Below, one piece after another: positions 41,101 to 56,100 of a stretch of DNA of 64,000 bases. The first letter of the stretch is position 1; each line of letters begins with the position of its first letter. Source of the DNA: Tubulanus polymorphus. Taxonomy: Eukaryota; Animalia; Nemertea. Location of the stretch: assembly GCF_964204645.1 (NCBI RefSeq), contig NC_134025.1, forward strand, positions 22,238,299 through 22,302,298. Direction: 5' to 3'. The notes below the pieces were generated by a model that did no database searches, was not told where the DNA came from, and saw only the letters and a list, made by a program, of their open reading frames with translations. Position numbers and translations under genes: made by a program.

Positions 41101-44100
41101 CCTATGGAAAAAGTAATTCGCGTTTACGATGAAAAAAACTAAGACGAAAGATAGATAAATGATTTTTGTGTGGACTTTTCGATTGAATACTCTATAGTGA
41201 ATATGTATAACCGGTGTTGTTTTACCAGCAACGATTCCGTTAAAACTGCCGTAGGTCTTTCCGTCCGCCCCTACGTATCCACCGACGTATATGTTTGACT
41301 GTCTTGCGAAGGCGGCCGCGCCGAGGTTAGTAGTAGAAGCTGCCGCGAAATTGTCGACGAGCATGCGCGCGTTCGTTCCGTCCCGATAGAATCGCACCAC
41401 GTGGTACTTTCCGTCGTTGTATTTTATCGAAGATTCCATCAGTCGAGTTGTTATACCGTTCAACGAATATAAAAGAACTACATGTCCATCCTCCTGCAAC
41501 AGCAAAACAGTTATATTCATTAACGATTATTGTATTAATCAATTTAGTTTATGTGTCATATATTTTGTTTATCATATGCTTTCATTCCCCGCTATTGTAA
41601 CAGCCAAACAGTTTTGAAAGGATTTCTTTTCGATTAATGATAACATCTAAAGCAGTTTTACCATTTTGATTTCTAAAAAGTCATCATTCCCTGCGCCATC
41701 GATTTTCAGTAATGTGCCATCAGTCTGCCACGTCATGAATCCGAACGCAAGTCGATCCGACGTCGGTGAAGGTCGCCATTGGGCTGGATATGTATACGTC
41801 ACTAGACCTGGACCGTTGTATTTTCCATATCTGTAACCTTCCGCCTCTGATGGTTAAGAAACAGATCAAAAAAGATAAATAACCAGTAACCGAAATCAAT
41901 AGAAATATTGTGCTCGTGAAAAATATTTCAACTACGAGTAATGTTACCTTGTGTGCAAATCGCGCCAACAAATGACGTCATATTACAGTCACAATACGGG
42001 CCGCCCAGCGCATCGGTTACGCATGTTCCGTATCTTTGACAGAAAGGCGAACATGATCCTTTAACGAGAAAGAAAATATTCAGATATTCAATGGTTCTAT
42101 CAGAATGTATGATTTTTCATATTTGCCTTAAAACAGAAAATAATATCTTACCCGTTATAGCTCCATCGCTGAAAATATACAAAAGGAGTGCACGGTACGA
42201 TCATATACAAATAAATAATATCATTGTATCGATTATTATAACGTATCACTTGCAGGATGATAATTCTGTTTCGAGAAAAACTTACCCGAATAAATGGAAC
42301 TTGTGCGGAGCGATGATCCAATCTCCCTGCGCCAGGTTGTTTCTTATTGCAATATCGTTCATACGGAGGCCATTGTAATATATTCCTAATTCGCAAGAAT
42401 ATATTTTAATATAATAATATATCTTAATTTCGTGTTGTAGGCAAAATATATCATCATACAAATGGTATAAAGATAGAATGAGTATTACTTAAAGACTTTC
42501 AAAGCATCCACCCTCTATATGTATTGAACTAAGGGCGTTTTGCCTTGCTTAATGGAAGATTGTTTGGATGAACCGGCACCGAATTTCCAATTATGTACTC
42601 CGATTTAAAAAAAAAACATTCTGTTAACTCGACCGCCCATCACACAACTATATCTGTACTTCGATTTCCGATTTCAGAATCAAACCCCCTGTTTCGCTCC
42701 CGGTAGGTGTGGTGGGTCTGTAAGGGACACTCAATCGAAAAATCAAACGAAATTTACCAACCAAATTAATAAATAACGGGGACAATCCCTATTTTAAGAT
42801 CAAATAACATATTCTTTATACTGCATATACATATATGGTGAATAAATATTACCATTATTGTTATTATTATAAAAAGATATACGTATTTATATGTACCTGC
42901 TATGATGCCGTAAAAAGGGTTCATAATATCGCCGTTAGTATCCCTATAGCCACCGCTGTAGAAAACAGACTGCGACGGGAACGGCGTATTACCGATCCCG
43001 AAAATGGTTGATGGCTGACTGCTGTCAACGTAGAGTCTCGCATTTTCGTTGTCTCGGACGAATCTGACCACGTGATATAGGCCGTCGTTATATTTCTTGG
43101 AGGATTGTTCAAAGCGATGAACTCGGCCATTCAACTTGTACACGAGAACGACGTGGCCATTTTCCTAAAAAAAAAGAAAATAGCGGCAAACTTCAAAACA
43201 AGACTAAACAATTAATTTCATCGAATGTGTGTACAGCCCGGGCAAACTTCGAATAACGGAGTTAGTCCACTATTTGTGGACTAAGTAAAACTATGGACGT
43301 CTAGTTTATACGTCTATGGTTAGTTAGTTGAAACTATAGTCCAGAAATAGTCTACCACGAGATTGAGCTTGCTCGCTTTATCTCGGACCTACGTAAATCC
43401 ATGATGCCCGACACTGTGAAATACGTTACGACTGAACTACAGTATAGAGCGTTGGTCTCCGACCACTAGACGACTAACTACGAAAACCGAAGTTCGCCCT
43501 GATTGTCTATTACTTTACCAGTTTTATTTCGATAGAGTCGCGCCCGTTCGCGCTCATCACTTTCGCGAGGGTACCATTCGGATGTCGGGTCATGAATCCG
43601 AAAGCTAAACGATCGCTTGTAGGCGATGGACGATATTGACTTGGATACGTGTACGTCATGATTCCTTTCGAGTTCTTCGATCCAAAATAGTAGCCTTCAG
43701 ATTCTGTAAATATATCCATATAGACATTGCTTTAAAGCGTAAGTAGAACTGTACGGCAAGCGAGTCGAGACGTATCATTAAGACCAGCTTAGGTTATTCT
43801 GAAAAAAGTCGAAACCGGTGCCCACAGACTTCTTAAGCCCGGATTCTGGAAAGGGACTTCAATTCTACCTTCAGTACAATAGCCACCAATGTAGGACGTC
43901 ATATTGCAGTCACAGTAGGAAATGCCGGCAGCAGTGACACAGGTACCAAACTGGGAGCAACTTGGAGAACATGTACCTAAATACATAAATGTAAATATTG
44001 TCATTGAACATCTAAATTGATGCGATAATAATCTAATATATAAGCATGCATATTGCGGTGATGTTATTGACTACACTAATGAAAGTATTCCAAGTAATCA

Positions 44101-47100
44101 TACCATACATGTAATGTAAAATTCGTAATGGTAAAACTTGGCCCATAAATTAAGGTTTTGAATAAATTTCAGTAAAATATTGTATATCTTAATCTCTACA
44201 TGTTCTTCGAATCGTAAGTTTTCTGTTTCAACCAATGACAAAAAAATATTGGTTCGCTTACCACCAGGCAGAGGCTGCGTGCTGAAATAAGAATATCAAT
44301 TGGTTGTGAAAATTACCCTTAAATTCAGTAAAAACGGACGATTATGGACGTTGTATTTTCAATTGCTGGCAGTACTTACGGGGGAGGTAGTTTGAACAAA
44401 TGAGGTGCTATACTCCACTGACCAGTGGGTAGTCGATTTGTAATACCGTAATCAATCATTCTCAATCCATTATAATATACACCTAGAAGAAAACGTTGAA
44501 TAAACTCTTCAATGCATCTCTTTTGAACAGTAATATCTTCTGAAACACAAGTCGGTAAATTGGTAGATGATAAAAGGTTTACCCGCGACGATTCCGTCGA
44601 AATGGTCGACGATTTGTCCGTTTTTCATTTGACCGCCGATGTAGAATATATCCTGGTTCCTGAATTTTCCCAGTCCTGGGATTCCGTCGCCGGTTGGGAT
44701 GGTCGCGGCCGGGTAGTTATCGACGTACAGACTGGCATCGGCTCCCTCCCTGACGAATCTGACCACGTGGTAGTTACCGTCGTTGTACAATTTACTCGAT
44801 TCGGCCAGACGGCGTTTGAGCCCGTTAAGATGGTATATCAGAACCACGTGACCATTTTCCTGAATAATAAATCGTGGGAAACTTTATTGCATGCCATCAT
44901 TGTTATATAAAGTATGTAATGGTGGCTATTTCAAGGAATCTGACGACAGCGCCATTGTTTCCTAAGATCGCCATTCTAACGATATCGTGTATACGATGGC
45001 AATGGAAACAGAAATTACCAGTTTGACCTCCATGAAGTTCGCTTTATTTTTGCCAACGAGTTTAACTAGCGTTCCGTCAGGTTGCCACGTCATGAAACCG
45101 AAAGCTAATCTATCCGACGAGTTTGTCGGCAAATTGCCGATTTGGTATCTGTATTCTTGAATTCCCTTGAGATCATTATCGCCCAGTCTATAGCCTTCCG
45201 CCTCTGCAAAACAAATTAAAATAGTAGAACCTAACATACATGGTACTGGGGAATAATCCTGACAGTGGAAGAAAATATTCGTTTAATGAAACTTTTCGCA
45301 TACCTTCCGTGCATATTCTGCCAACGTATGAAGTCATGTTACAATCGCAAATGAAACTGGTATACCCGGCGTAACATCTTCCGAAGTTTTTACACGTTTC
45401 GGGAGTACAATAACCAAAACGTTCTGTGAAAATAATCCATCTATATTTTCCCGATTAGAACTGAATGCACATAAAATGATTATGCAAATGTCTTTGCGAT
45501 GAAGTAGATTTTTTTAGTGTAACGTTATTCATTGTATCAACATCCGATTGAGCCGAAGACATGCCAGTGACCAGCTATCAAATTGGTAAATTTTTGCGAT
45601 GCTTTTCACTGTACACCTTTGACTGATTTATAACACATGATTAGTGTTCTATTGGCAATATCAATGGGAAAATGATGTTTTGAAATTGATAAGTGCTTGA
45701 ACAGCGTTTGATTCGAATCGGTGCAGAAATCGTGCGAATGAACTTGTGAAAGTGCAGAAATCAACCCCGAAACCAATCAAAAAAAATTGTTTAAACAATC
45801 ACGTATAAAAACACCAGACCGTAGACATGCTTACGTTTAGAAATTGCAGGCAATGCATCTGTAAACGCGTAAGATAAAACAAAATTGAATAGAACGGTGA
45901 TAGTATTATCTATTGGTATCGGCGCTGTAAAATCTCAACACTCCCTCTAAAAAAGCCTGCGGGATGTATATAATATAAGCACGAATAAACGAAATTCCGT
46001 AGAACTCACCTGTGCATCCTTTCACAACATTTTCACCATCATCGATCGCGTCATTAATCAAATCCGGCAGACGGCTGTTTATTTTCCACGTGGCGTAACA
46101 GCCGACCAGGCCTTTTTTAGACACGACCGCCGACGGCAACGACGCGTACCTGTTCGCCGGAACTCCGCCGACGAAGAAAGGTCCGTTCAGATGAAATTGC
46201 CCGTCACTTTGGTCAGGGTTAATCGTGGCCGTCGTCGCGTCCACGTGGATTATATGCCTGTTCAGACTAGGCACCGATAATTTCACTCTGTGCCACTGGT
46301 TATCGTTCAGTTTCGTGGCGGTGTTTATTTTCGTCGATTTCGGGCCCAAACCGCTGTCGAAAGCGTAGTGCAGATAACCGTTCACTAATTCCAAAGCGAC
46401 GAAATGTCCGTGAGGATTACCGCTGGTGAAGGCGATGAGGCCGTTTTCGTGTTTGGTTTTGAAAAGGAATGACAGTTTCATCTTTTCCCTGGAGCCCATT
46501 CCTTCCAGTTCGATGAACGTTTGCGGCGACCGGACGGTGATTGGCAATATCACGAACAGACCTCCCTCGTCGTGGTGCCCGGCAGTTCCGTCGATGTTTA
46601 CGCCGCCGTCCGTGCCGATCAGTTCGAAATATTTCGAACCGTCGAATATAACGTTGCTCATTTCGCCGATATAGTTTCGATAACCGAACGGCGGTTTTAT
46701 ACCCTGCCCGTACGTTCCGAAGTTCACATTTTGAATTATGAATTCGAAGTCTTGCTTCGGAATATCACCTGAAAAATATTAACATTGGATTATCAGTTGT
46801 GTTGTCAGTTCTGTTTCAGTCAAAATGATGAAAACGCTATCGATGCAGGTTTTTGCGGTGACTGATTCGGGCCATACTAAAAGTTTTTCAGTACGGCTAT
46901 ACGGCACGATAAATTTTTTTAAGGAATTCTCGCACGAAAAAAACTGTAAGTTTTGAATTCGCACGAGAAAACAAAAAAAAATTGAATTCTCGAACGAGAA
47001 GACCAAACTGTTTTATTTCTCGCACACAAAAAAACCAAACTTGTAGAAATCTTAATTTTATCGTGCGTCTGGTCGGGTAGGAAATCTTTTCTGTATGGCC

Positions 47101-50100
47101 CGTATCAAACCATAGGGTTTGTGCTTGGATCCAATGATTTGTGACCGTAGCCTATAGCCAGAGGCACGAGGTGTGAAAACGAAAAACAAATTGATGCATT
47201 CTCTTGTTTCTTTGGCTTTCTGTTGGAAACGTGTTTTTCGACTGCAGTGCGTGTCCGCCTTTATCACAATTTATATTTTGTAGAAATCGAGGCTCCTGCA
47301 TAGCGTATATTGCAGGGTTTTGAACGAGTTATCTTACTAGTAACGGGTACACCGTCGTCCACCCAAGCTTGCAACTGGTCCGCTCTTCGACGTATGTGCA
47401 ACGTGTGCCATCGGTCATCGTTTATGTTGTTGCCAACACGAATAATCTAGATGGGTGAAAATGAAAATAATGTCCGTGATTTATTTCGTTTTAGTTGGAA
47501 TGAGAATATTCATGCAGTGTTCACCAATTAATAACCAATGCTTCTGTAGGATACCATTTCAACGTGAATTCAACATATTCTTTTTCATGTATACATTCAA
47601 AGTGTGTATGTTTGAATACTCGGCTCAACCTAAAGCCAATTTCCAATTGCTTTGAGTACGGATTTTTCAAGATAAACATGGGAGGGCGAAGGGAAAAAAT
47701 GTTCAATTCTTATTATAGGAGTTTAAAAAAGGAAGGGAGCAGGAAAAAAATAAAAATGAATTTTTGAATTATTTGGGTATTTTCAACATGAAACCATGAA
47801 AGGACTGCAGAAAAAATAGAAATGCTGTGAAGGTTATGATGAATTTTTTTCAAATGATCTTGAGATTGAAAATTAAGATGAACATGACTTTTACAAGTGA
47901 TTGAAAATCAAGACGGGCATAACGAAAAGATTCTTTTCTTTGTATTGGAAAAACTGTGATGAAAACACGAAGGACAAAAAAGATTTTCATAGAGTAATTT
48001 TTGCCGAATATTGGGAGGCGGATCCGTACTCCGAGTAATTAAAAAAGCCGAACTGGTGATATTCGTAAAACATATTACCCTTTGTCCGTCGCGAACTTTT
48101 GCTGTAATCTTCGCCTTGCCCTCTTCTATTTCGCTCTTGAGCATGTGTTGTCCATCGGGAGACTGGGTAAGGAAGAGTACGGTATTGTCCAGTGGGGTTT
48201 TAAACCTGATCGAGAGATCGTTGACGTGTCTGGTGTGGTACGGATGTGGATAGGTAACTCTCACCCACTGTGTACCGTCGAATCGTCGGATTGGTGCAAC
48301 TGAGAAATTCGAAAAAAAACGACAAGTCATTTATCATAACGAATAAACGAGCAGATACATATATTGACCGGGACGATCAAAATCCAAAATTTAAGAATTA
48401 CAGAACGTTTCTTAAGGAAGTTAAACTTATATGTAGAAATTTGAATATTCTCGGTGTTCGCAACTGACACATATCGCGACTTAATATGCAAATATATGAC
48501 TGATTATGCAAATATATGTATGTAGATGTTCAGTTAGAAATGTTTGCCAGGACAAAATCGTTTATCGGGACTTTTTACCAGATTTTCTTTTTAAGAATAA
48601 ATAGAAAGTATTGAAGTTAACGGAACCTTACCATCTTTACATTTGAATCCGGTGTACGGAGTGTCACGACAATCGCATACGAACGAGTTGTACCGGTCCA
48701 AACAATTACCATTAAAACAATCATCCGTGTGACCGCAATAGAGACCCGGCATATTACACGTCGAACCGATACTAATTCCCGAGGTAGCGTGAGATTCTTC
48801 GAAGTTTGCGCTCACGCCGTTGATTTTCGGATCGAGAATGCACCCGATGAATCCTTTTCTGCCCCATAGCTTCCACGGCAAAACGGACGGGTTATCGATA
48901 CCGCCGATGTACATGAACGAACCCAGATTAAGATTCGGGTCGTTGCCGGGCACGTCGACCTGGTGAGATTGTTCGTCGACGACTACCAGGAACGATTTGC
49001 CGCTCTTTTCGATGTGAACGTCGTGGAATAGTCCGTCATTAACGCGCCTAGTGCCTAACATCTGACGTACCGTTCCTTGTCCGTGATTGGCCAGCAAATA
49101 CAACTGACCGTCGTACACTTCCAGAGCGATAAAATCTTGGTAGCCGAGCGGCGCTCCGTTGAAAAGCAACAACCCGTTCGGTTCGGGAGTTTTGAATTTG
49201 AACTCTACCGATCCGGTCGGGTGCGTGTTCCATTTAGGAAGACGGACGTACGATTCGCGTGTACGAAATGTGATCGTTTTTGGTCTGGATGGAAGTGTCG
49301 GTGGCGCGGTCACGGTGACCGGATCTTTCGTGATAATCGATGCGGTCGGGCCTGGTCCGCCGCCGTCTGTTGTAGTCACCGATATTGTGGGTTTGACGAC
49401 GATGTATTTCGGAACGGTTTCGCGCGTGATGTCGACGATTACGTTGATTTGAGGCTTCGTCGATTGACCACTCTGAACTATAGCCTAGAAATACATCGAA
49501 AACATGAAAAGAACAAAATGTTTTCTTCACCTTAAAGATACAATATTGATAACAATAATAGTAATATCGATAATTATCATCTATTATTACTATTATTGCT
49601 ATCAGTATTATTACTACTATCAATATTATAATTCTTAGTGTATTTAACATTACTAATGAATATTATAGTATCATTGATATTCATTATCACATATATTATA
49701 AAGCAACATATGTATCGATTTGTATTGCACCTTGCACATAATGCAACTCCTACAATGTACAATAATCTAGTGTAAGACATGAAGAAAATGAAATTATATT
49801 ATATCATATTATATACACATTTATCATTTGTGGAATACAATATTCGTGTCGCACAACTTACGGATTTAATTTCTCCGTAGAAATTATTGTAGACTTCGTA
49901 GTTGGTGTTCTGCGATGGATTTGGAGTACCGCATATGTAAATTTGGCCATCATTTAATATGTAGAAATCATAGTTCAAACGTTCCTCGGATTGATATCCG
50001 TCGTCGACCGTAACTGTCAACTATCAAGAAAAAGAACATTCGTGGATTTTGTATTCCTTTCGATTAAAATGATTCGGGATTAATCGGTTTCAATAGATTA

Positions 50101-53100
50101 CCAAACGGGCTCTTTTCTGAACGAGAACTTTGTGCCATCGGCCATCGTCGAGTCTAGGGGTTCCGATCTGTTTTGTTATGCTTTGTCTATTCAGACCAAC
50201 ATCGTAATCGAGGTTGACAACTATGAGTCCAGCCTGAAATAAGATTTTCAAAAATACAACAAATTAAAACAGACTTTTTCGGAAATTTAGATTCTGGAGA
50301 TTTTTTTAATTTTGTTTTGTAAGGTTACCTTTAATCTTATGAACATTTTACCACGGCTGTTTTCAGTAAACCACAGTAAACCGTCCGATTGGGTAGCTTT
50401 GAATTCTAGGCTTACTTCTTCATTCGCGTTCAAATACCTATCCATTTCGTCGACGTTGTATTTCACCCAACCTTGACCTCCGGGACAATTGAGTATAGGC
50501 GGGGACGTTTGCGGCCTGGGAGTGGTGCTAACTTCCTCGCACACTTTCTCCGGTATCAAATTAAGCGCCATCAACCTTGACCTTCTCGTGTTCCACGTGT
50601 TGAAATCGTCCAATATGAAGTTCGCGTAGCGCGCGCTGTTGCGGAATGAGTTCGGTCGACCGACGTAAAACCTCCACCCGTTTTCGCTGATACCGTAATG
50701 ACTAGTCGGGTATCGAGCCTGTCCCGTCTTTATACAATTCACGAACATCGAAACGCCTTCGTTTTTGTTCCAGGTCAATTCGACGAGATGCCATTTGTTT
50801 GTTTGCAGCGGTTTAGACGAGGCGGTCCATTTCTTATCGGGCGTCTTGATCGTTCCTTCCAATCGGCCATTTTTGTAGACCAGATCTAACGATTTACTCG
50901 ATACGTAATGCGAATTTTCGCGATTGTCCATCGGATACACCCAGGCCCGCACGGTAAACCCGTCTTTGCAGTTTCTCAACAAGTCTCCTTTACACATGAA
51001 ACGGTCTCCGAAGTCGATGTATTGGTCGATTCCGTTTAGTTTTATGCCTTTACCATTTCGCGATGGAACCAACGGTGGTTGGCCGTAAATGTAGCCGGTA
51101 GTTCCCGAGTTACTATCGATCAACCTATTGCCGCGTTGTATGTTTTCGAATCGGAACAGATTTTCCGAGACAACTGAAAATAAAAATTTCCTTCAATTAG
51201 TTTCGCTTTAATTTTCAGACATTTTAGAATTTCACAAAACTTCTTACTATTTCTGCATCGAATATTGAAAATAGTAAATGTTGATATTGATATAATAGAT
51301 TTTACATTATACTTTAATCTTAATCGTGAACAGGAGAATTTCCTGATCGTTAGGCTAATATAGACATTAAGAGTACCATTGATTAGATAGTAAATAGCTT
51401 GATTGTAAACAAAAATGTGTTGAAGCATTTTATTTAAAAAAATCATTTAGCCAGACGAACAAGTGCTGGGCTACTGAACTCAGTAGATGTCTATTCGCTG
51501 TAGCGATAAGTGATATATTGTGCAGATTGAATGAAAGCGTTCGGAAGAAAAAATGTTGCATTTTTTGTTGAGCGTATTTTCAAATATTTTGCTTTGAAGG
51601 CCATCGATAAATCACATCCGCAAATCATACACAGTAAACCTTACTCAAACCAGGATCTATGAGAAAAACGATGTAAGTGGACTACCATGTTTGTAGTCTC
51701 AATAATAAGTAGAACCAATACGTGAAATGTGAGGGGTATCTTCTTTATTACACATCAAATCGTTTCGGCCTAAAACCTTTATCAACTGAGTTGAATATGA
51801 CAGTTAATACGAATAAGTTAATACCATCAATTAAATTGGTAAAGGCTTTAAGGCCGAAACGCTCGATTTGGAATTAAGAAGATGTACCTCACATTTCACA
51901 TATTGTCTCTACTTATTGAACTACTTGGAGGCGAGGGCGGATCGACTCAATCGCTTTTTCATTAGTCTCGATAATGGCCAACTTTAGTTATTCATACATC
52001 TTTCGACTCGGGACAAAATTCATTGAAGCCGATTTGCCAGAACGAAGCAAGATTTACTGTAATATATTTGCATTTTTACTTTTAGAGGTTACCAAGTTAA
52101 AAAATAGCGCATGCTGAAAAGCAACAGTATGAGATAACACCTATCACCAGATGTGTTAACCAGCAAGGCAACTAATACTAAATCCAAAACAAAAACTAGA
52201 AACCAGAAACGACCAACTAAATAGGGCGAACTAAACTACTATGAATTCAAAATCATGCAACGAATCAATGATTTGTGCGGCTGGTCACAGGAAGGGCAGA
52301 GAGCAGAGGTGGAAATTAGCATGAAATATTTTCTTGAAAGATGGTATGGTATAGCTGATATCAAATGGGAACGGAGCAGGGTTGCTAGGACAAATTGGCA
52401 GTCGGTGTGACCGTAGAAAGTGCATGATTTTAGCGATGCATTTTGCAGTAACATTTGATACCGTATGGACCACCGGGCCTGTCTCCTTCGTCCACATCAA
52501 CGCTTATGTTGATCTTTCCGGATGGATTTCTGCCGCTCTGGAACGGGGGCAGAACAACGGAACCCGCTGGAAAAGTGGTCGGCGCTAGAAATATAGACAC
52601 AATCATTCAACTCAGAATTACACGTCACTAAAGTTCTTCTGTTTTGTCTGTAGTTTTGCTCTACTTCAAATAAGACTCGTTCGAGTGAATCGAAAATATA
52701 GCTATCAATATTTTACTCAATTCCATCGGCTGAAATAGAACTTAGATTATTGTACATCTTATCATATCGGGTGCATATACTTATTAAAGGCACGTCGTCA
52801 CCTGAAACAAATCCGTACATAGCAAGCGTAACAGACAATTCTCAGAGACAGGAAACACATATACACAATTTAAGAGAATAGGCAGATACGAGAAAATGCA
52901 CATTTCACATCAAAGTGTTCGTAGTCGTGTTACATTCCAATGTTGGTATACGTTTAGGTCTATATCTGACATATGCTAGTTTGCTATTATTCAAAATATC
53001 GTCATGATTTTTAAGAATTTTTGTGATTTCACAAGAATGTAACCCTTTTGAAAATATACTTATTGGAATGTAACAAAAATACTTCATTAAGAGAATCATT

Positions 53101-56100
53101 TCTTGTCAAAACCCTAAAACGACGAAACCGAAATCTCGAATACAGATGAAGCGAAAGTGTACTAAGCCCGTCACGCCATAGAATAGCCATCATTTTAGCT
53201 TCGAAACGGCCAGGAGTAGGCGCACAGGTAGAATTGTTGCAGTTTTAAGATGCTCGAAATTCCTATTCGATTGGAGCTTGGAAATAAAGCATACACGCGC
53301 TGCAAGAGAAATAGATTGCCTTCGATACAACGATGTAACCTCGGTTACTCACGTCAGAGAATGAATGAGTTCCATCCATCAAAGAAAAACCGGAATAGGA
53401 AAAATGTAGGATAACTGATTTTGAGTAAATTGAAATAAAACCTTGAAGACGCTTCAATGCTGTAATTTCAATTTCAATAAAAATTTTTTATAGATTTTCG
53501 TCAAAATCAGCCACCATAGTAAATGAATAACGAATTGTTTTCTCCAAAAGATAGAGGTATATAGTTCCTGATAAAAGACCGAGATTCAACAAACAATCGC
53601 AAAGAATTCCAATGTTAATTTCATTTCGACTCGAATCAAGACATGCTTCAAACATCTTAGATCTGGATGCGTTCGTCATTACCTGGTTTGTACGTGGACG
53701 CAGGTGTGGTCTGTCTATCTAGCCCTAGAGCGTCTTTAAAAGCAATGGAAACTGATGTTGAACGTTATATTCCTTTATAGATATGCATTTTGTATATTTA
53801 CTAAAACGGCCGTTACTTAGCTATGTTAGAATACATTTTGTTAGATTCTTAATCATTATATTGCAGAATATTGCATCGTAATGATAATGTTTCGCGTATC
53901 GCCTATATGTGAATTTAAGTGAGAGCAAACACGTATATACGTCATGGTTAGAAGCCTAGAGCGGCTCACCTGGATTATCGATAAAAATTCCAGGGGATGT
54001 TGACGGAATTTTCGTTGTTCGCCGACCGAGTCCTACAGGGCCTAATAATAAAATAGCATGATTCGCGCATGAGTAATTTGAAATTGTTTTCAATAACCGT
54101 TTTTAGTGTTCTATGATTCAATTGGATTGCCAACTAGGCCGCCAGATGTCGTCTTTTAGTGTCAGGTCCAACAGAATATAGTATTGTATTAGATGTATTT
54201 GAAACTTTACTTCGTTACTTAAACATTTTTTTCGATGTCTAATGATGGTATTACCTGGATTACCAATAAAGATGCCAGGAGTCGTAGTTTTAGCGTTAGG
54301 TCTATTAAGTCCAACAGGGCCTAAAGAAATAGTAATGGCAATATGTAAATTACTCTGTGGAATAAGATGCTTTACTGGTAATAGAAAAAATGACGTAATA
54401 TTTGGATTACCAATGAAAGAACGAGGCGTCGTTGATTTAGCATTGGGTCTATTTAAGCCAACGGGACCTACGTAAATCAAAGGACTCATAATGATGATAT
54501 AATTATTCACTTTGAATAAACAAGGCCACCAGATGTTGTCTTAGTGTCCAATAGGACCTAACATCAGGAAATAGCTATGTTTTTGATGTAATTCTAAACT
54601 TTACTTTACAAGATTACTTATTCGGAGCCTAATGATGGTATTACCTAGATTACCAATAGAAGTGCCAGGAGTCGTTGTTTTAGCGTTAGGTCTATTAAGT
54701 CCAACGGGGCCTAGCAACAAAACAGCATGGTATTTGTGTATTCAAAAATGATCGTCGAAAAATTCATTTTATAAATGGTGACACCGAAAATGGCGCAATA
54801 CCTGGGTTACCAATAAAGATGCCAGGAGTCGTTGTTTTCGCGTGAGGTCTATTCAGTCCAATGGGGCCTATATCAGAGCAATCGATGAATATGATAATGT
54901 ACTCGAAAACAATTGTTTAATTTGTACAGATTTATTAATCTAGCATGGCATATGACTAAATACCTGGATTACCAATAAACGAAGCAGGAGTTGTTGTTTT
55001 GGTATAAGGTCTGTTCAGTCCAACAGGACCTAAAGAAATAGTAATGGCCATATTAGAATAACTCTATAAATGTAGAATAAGTCTTTGAAACACATTTTAC
55101 TAGAAATAGTAGCGAAAAAATGATTTTACTATTAATGAAAAAAATGACGTAATACCTGGGTTACCAATAGAGGTGCCAGGAGTTGTTTTCGCGTGAGATC
55201 TATTCACTCCAACAGGACCTATCAGAGCAATGGATGAATATGGTAAAGTACTTGAAAACAATTGTTTAAATAGTACAGATTTATCTATCATGGCATATCA
55301 CTAGATACCTGGATTACCAATAAAAGAACTAGGAGTTTTTGATCTAGCATTAGGGCTATTTTAGTCCGACGGGACCTTGTATTTTCTTTAAAACGAGTGT
55401 GTAGTTTTTATTCTAGAGGGGTACATAGTAACTGACCTGGCCTCCCGATGAAAGGTTTAATCGTGGTTGCGCTGCTATCGGGCGGGTAACGGGAAGTTGT
55501 AGTCGTGCGCCTACCCAGTCCTATAGGGCCTATTGTGACAACATCAAAAACAAATACATCAACAGGTAATGATTTTTATAATAAAATAAACACCGAAATA
55601 TTTTCCGATAATGTTCCACGAGTTCTTGGAAGCCTTAGTTATCAGTATAACCATTCATAAAACACTCTATCCGCGTTGTGACGATAATATAAGGAGAATC
55701 AGAAAAATGATAACGAAAAAAATTCTAATCCGAAAATGTTTCCTTTTGAGTTAGTTGTTTATTCGACATTTCGACTTTATTCTGATGGAGCATTCCTGAA
55801 GATGTAGGATATAGTCGAAACGTCGAATAAACTACGAGCTCAGGGAAACATTTTCAGACTTGTATTTTTTTCGTTATCATTTTTGGATTCCCTTTATACT
55901 CAGTTATCAGTCATTCGCTATATTCTACAAATAATATCATATCTTTCAATTTACATTTCGGGTAATGTTTAGAGTTATACGGAAGCCCAGCGCGGCGACA
56001 ACAAATTTCTCAATATTGTAAATTTCACGTCATCTCGACTTAGCTGGACTTCCCTAACGACAGGAGCCACACAATTGATTAAACAAGATGAACGATATAA

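Noticed and set aside
38160-50500. Calling the gene NRXN/Nrx-1 or NWD1/2
   Set aside because: No neurexin cytoplasmic tail, extra N-terminal domains and no NACHT domain; orthology cannot be shown from sequence alone, so no symbol is given
53970-55529. CRISPR-like repeat-spacer array
   Set aside because: Eukaryotic context; the repeats are diverged coding exons bounded by AG/GT and the spacers are introns
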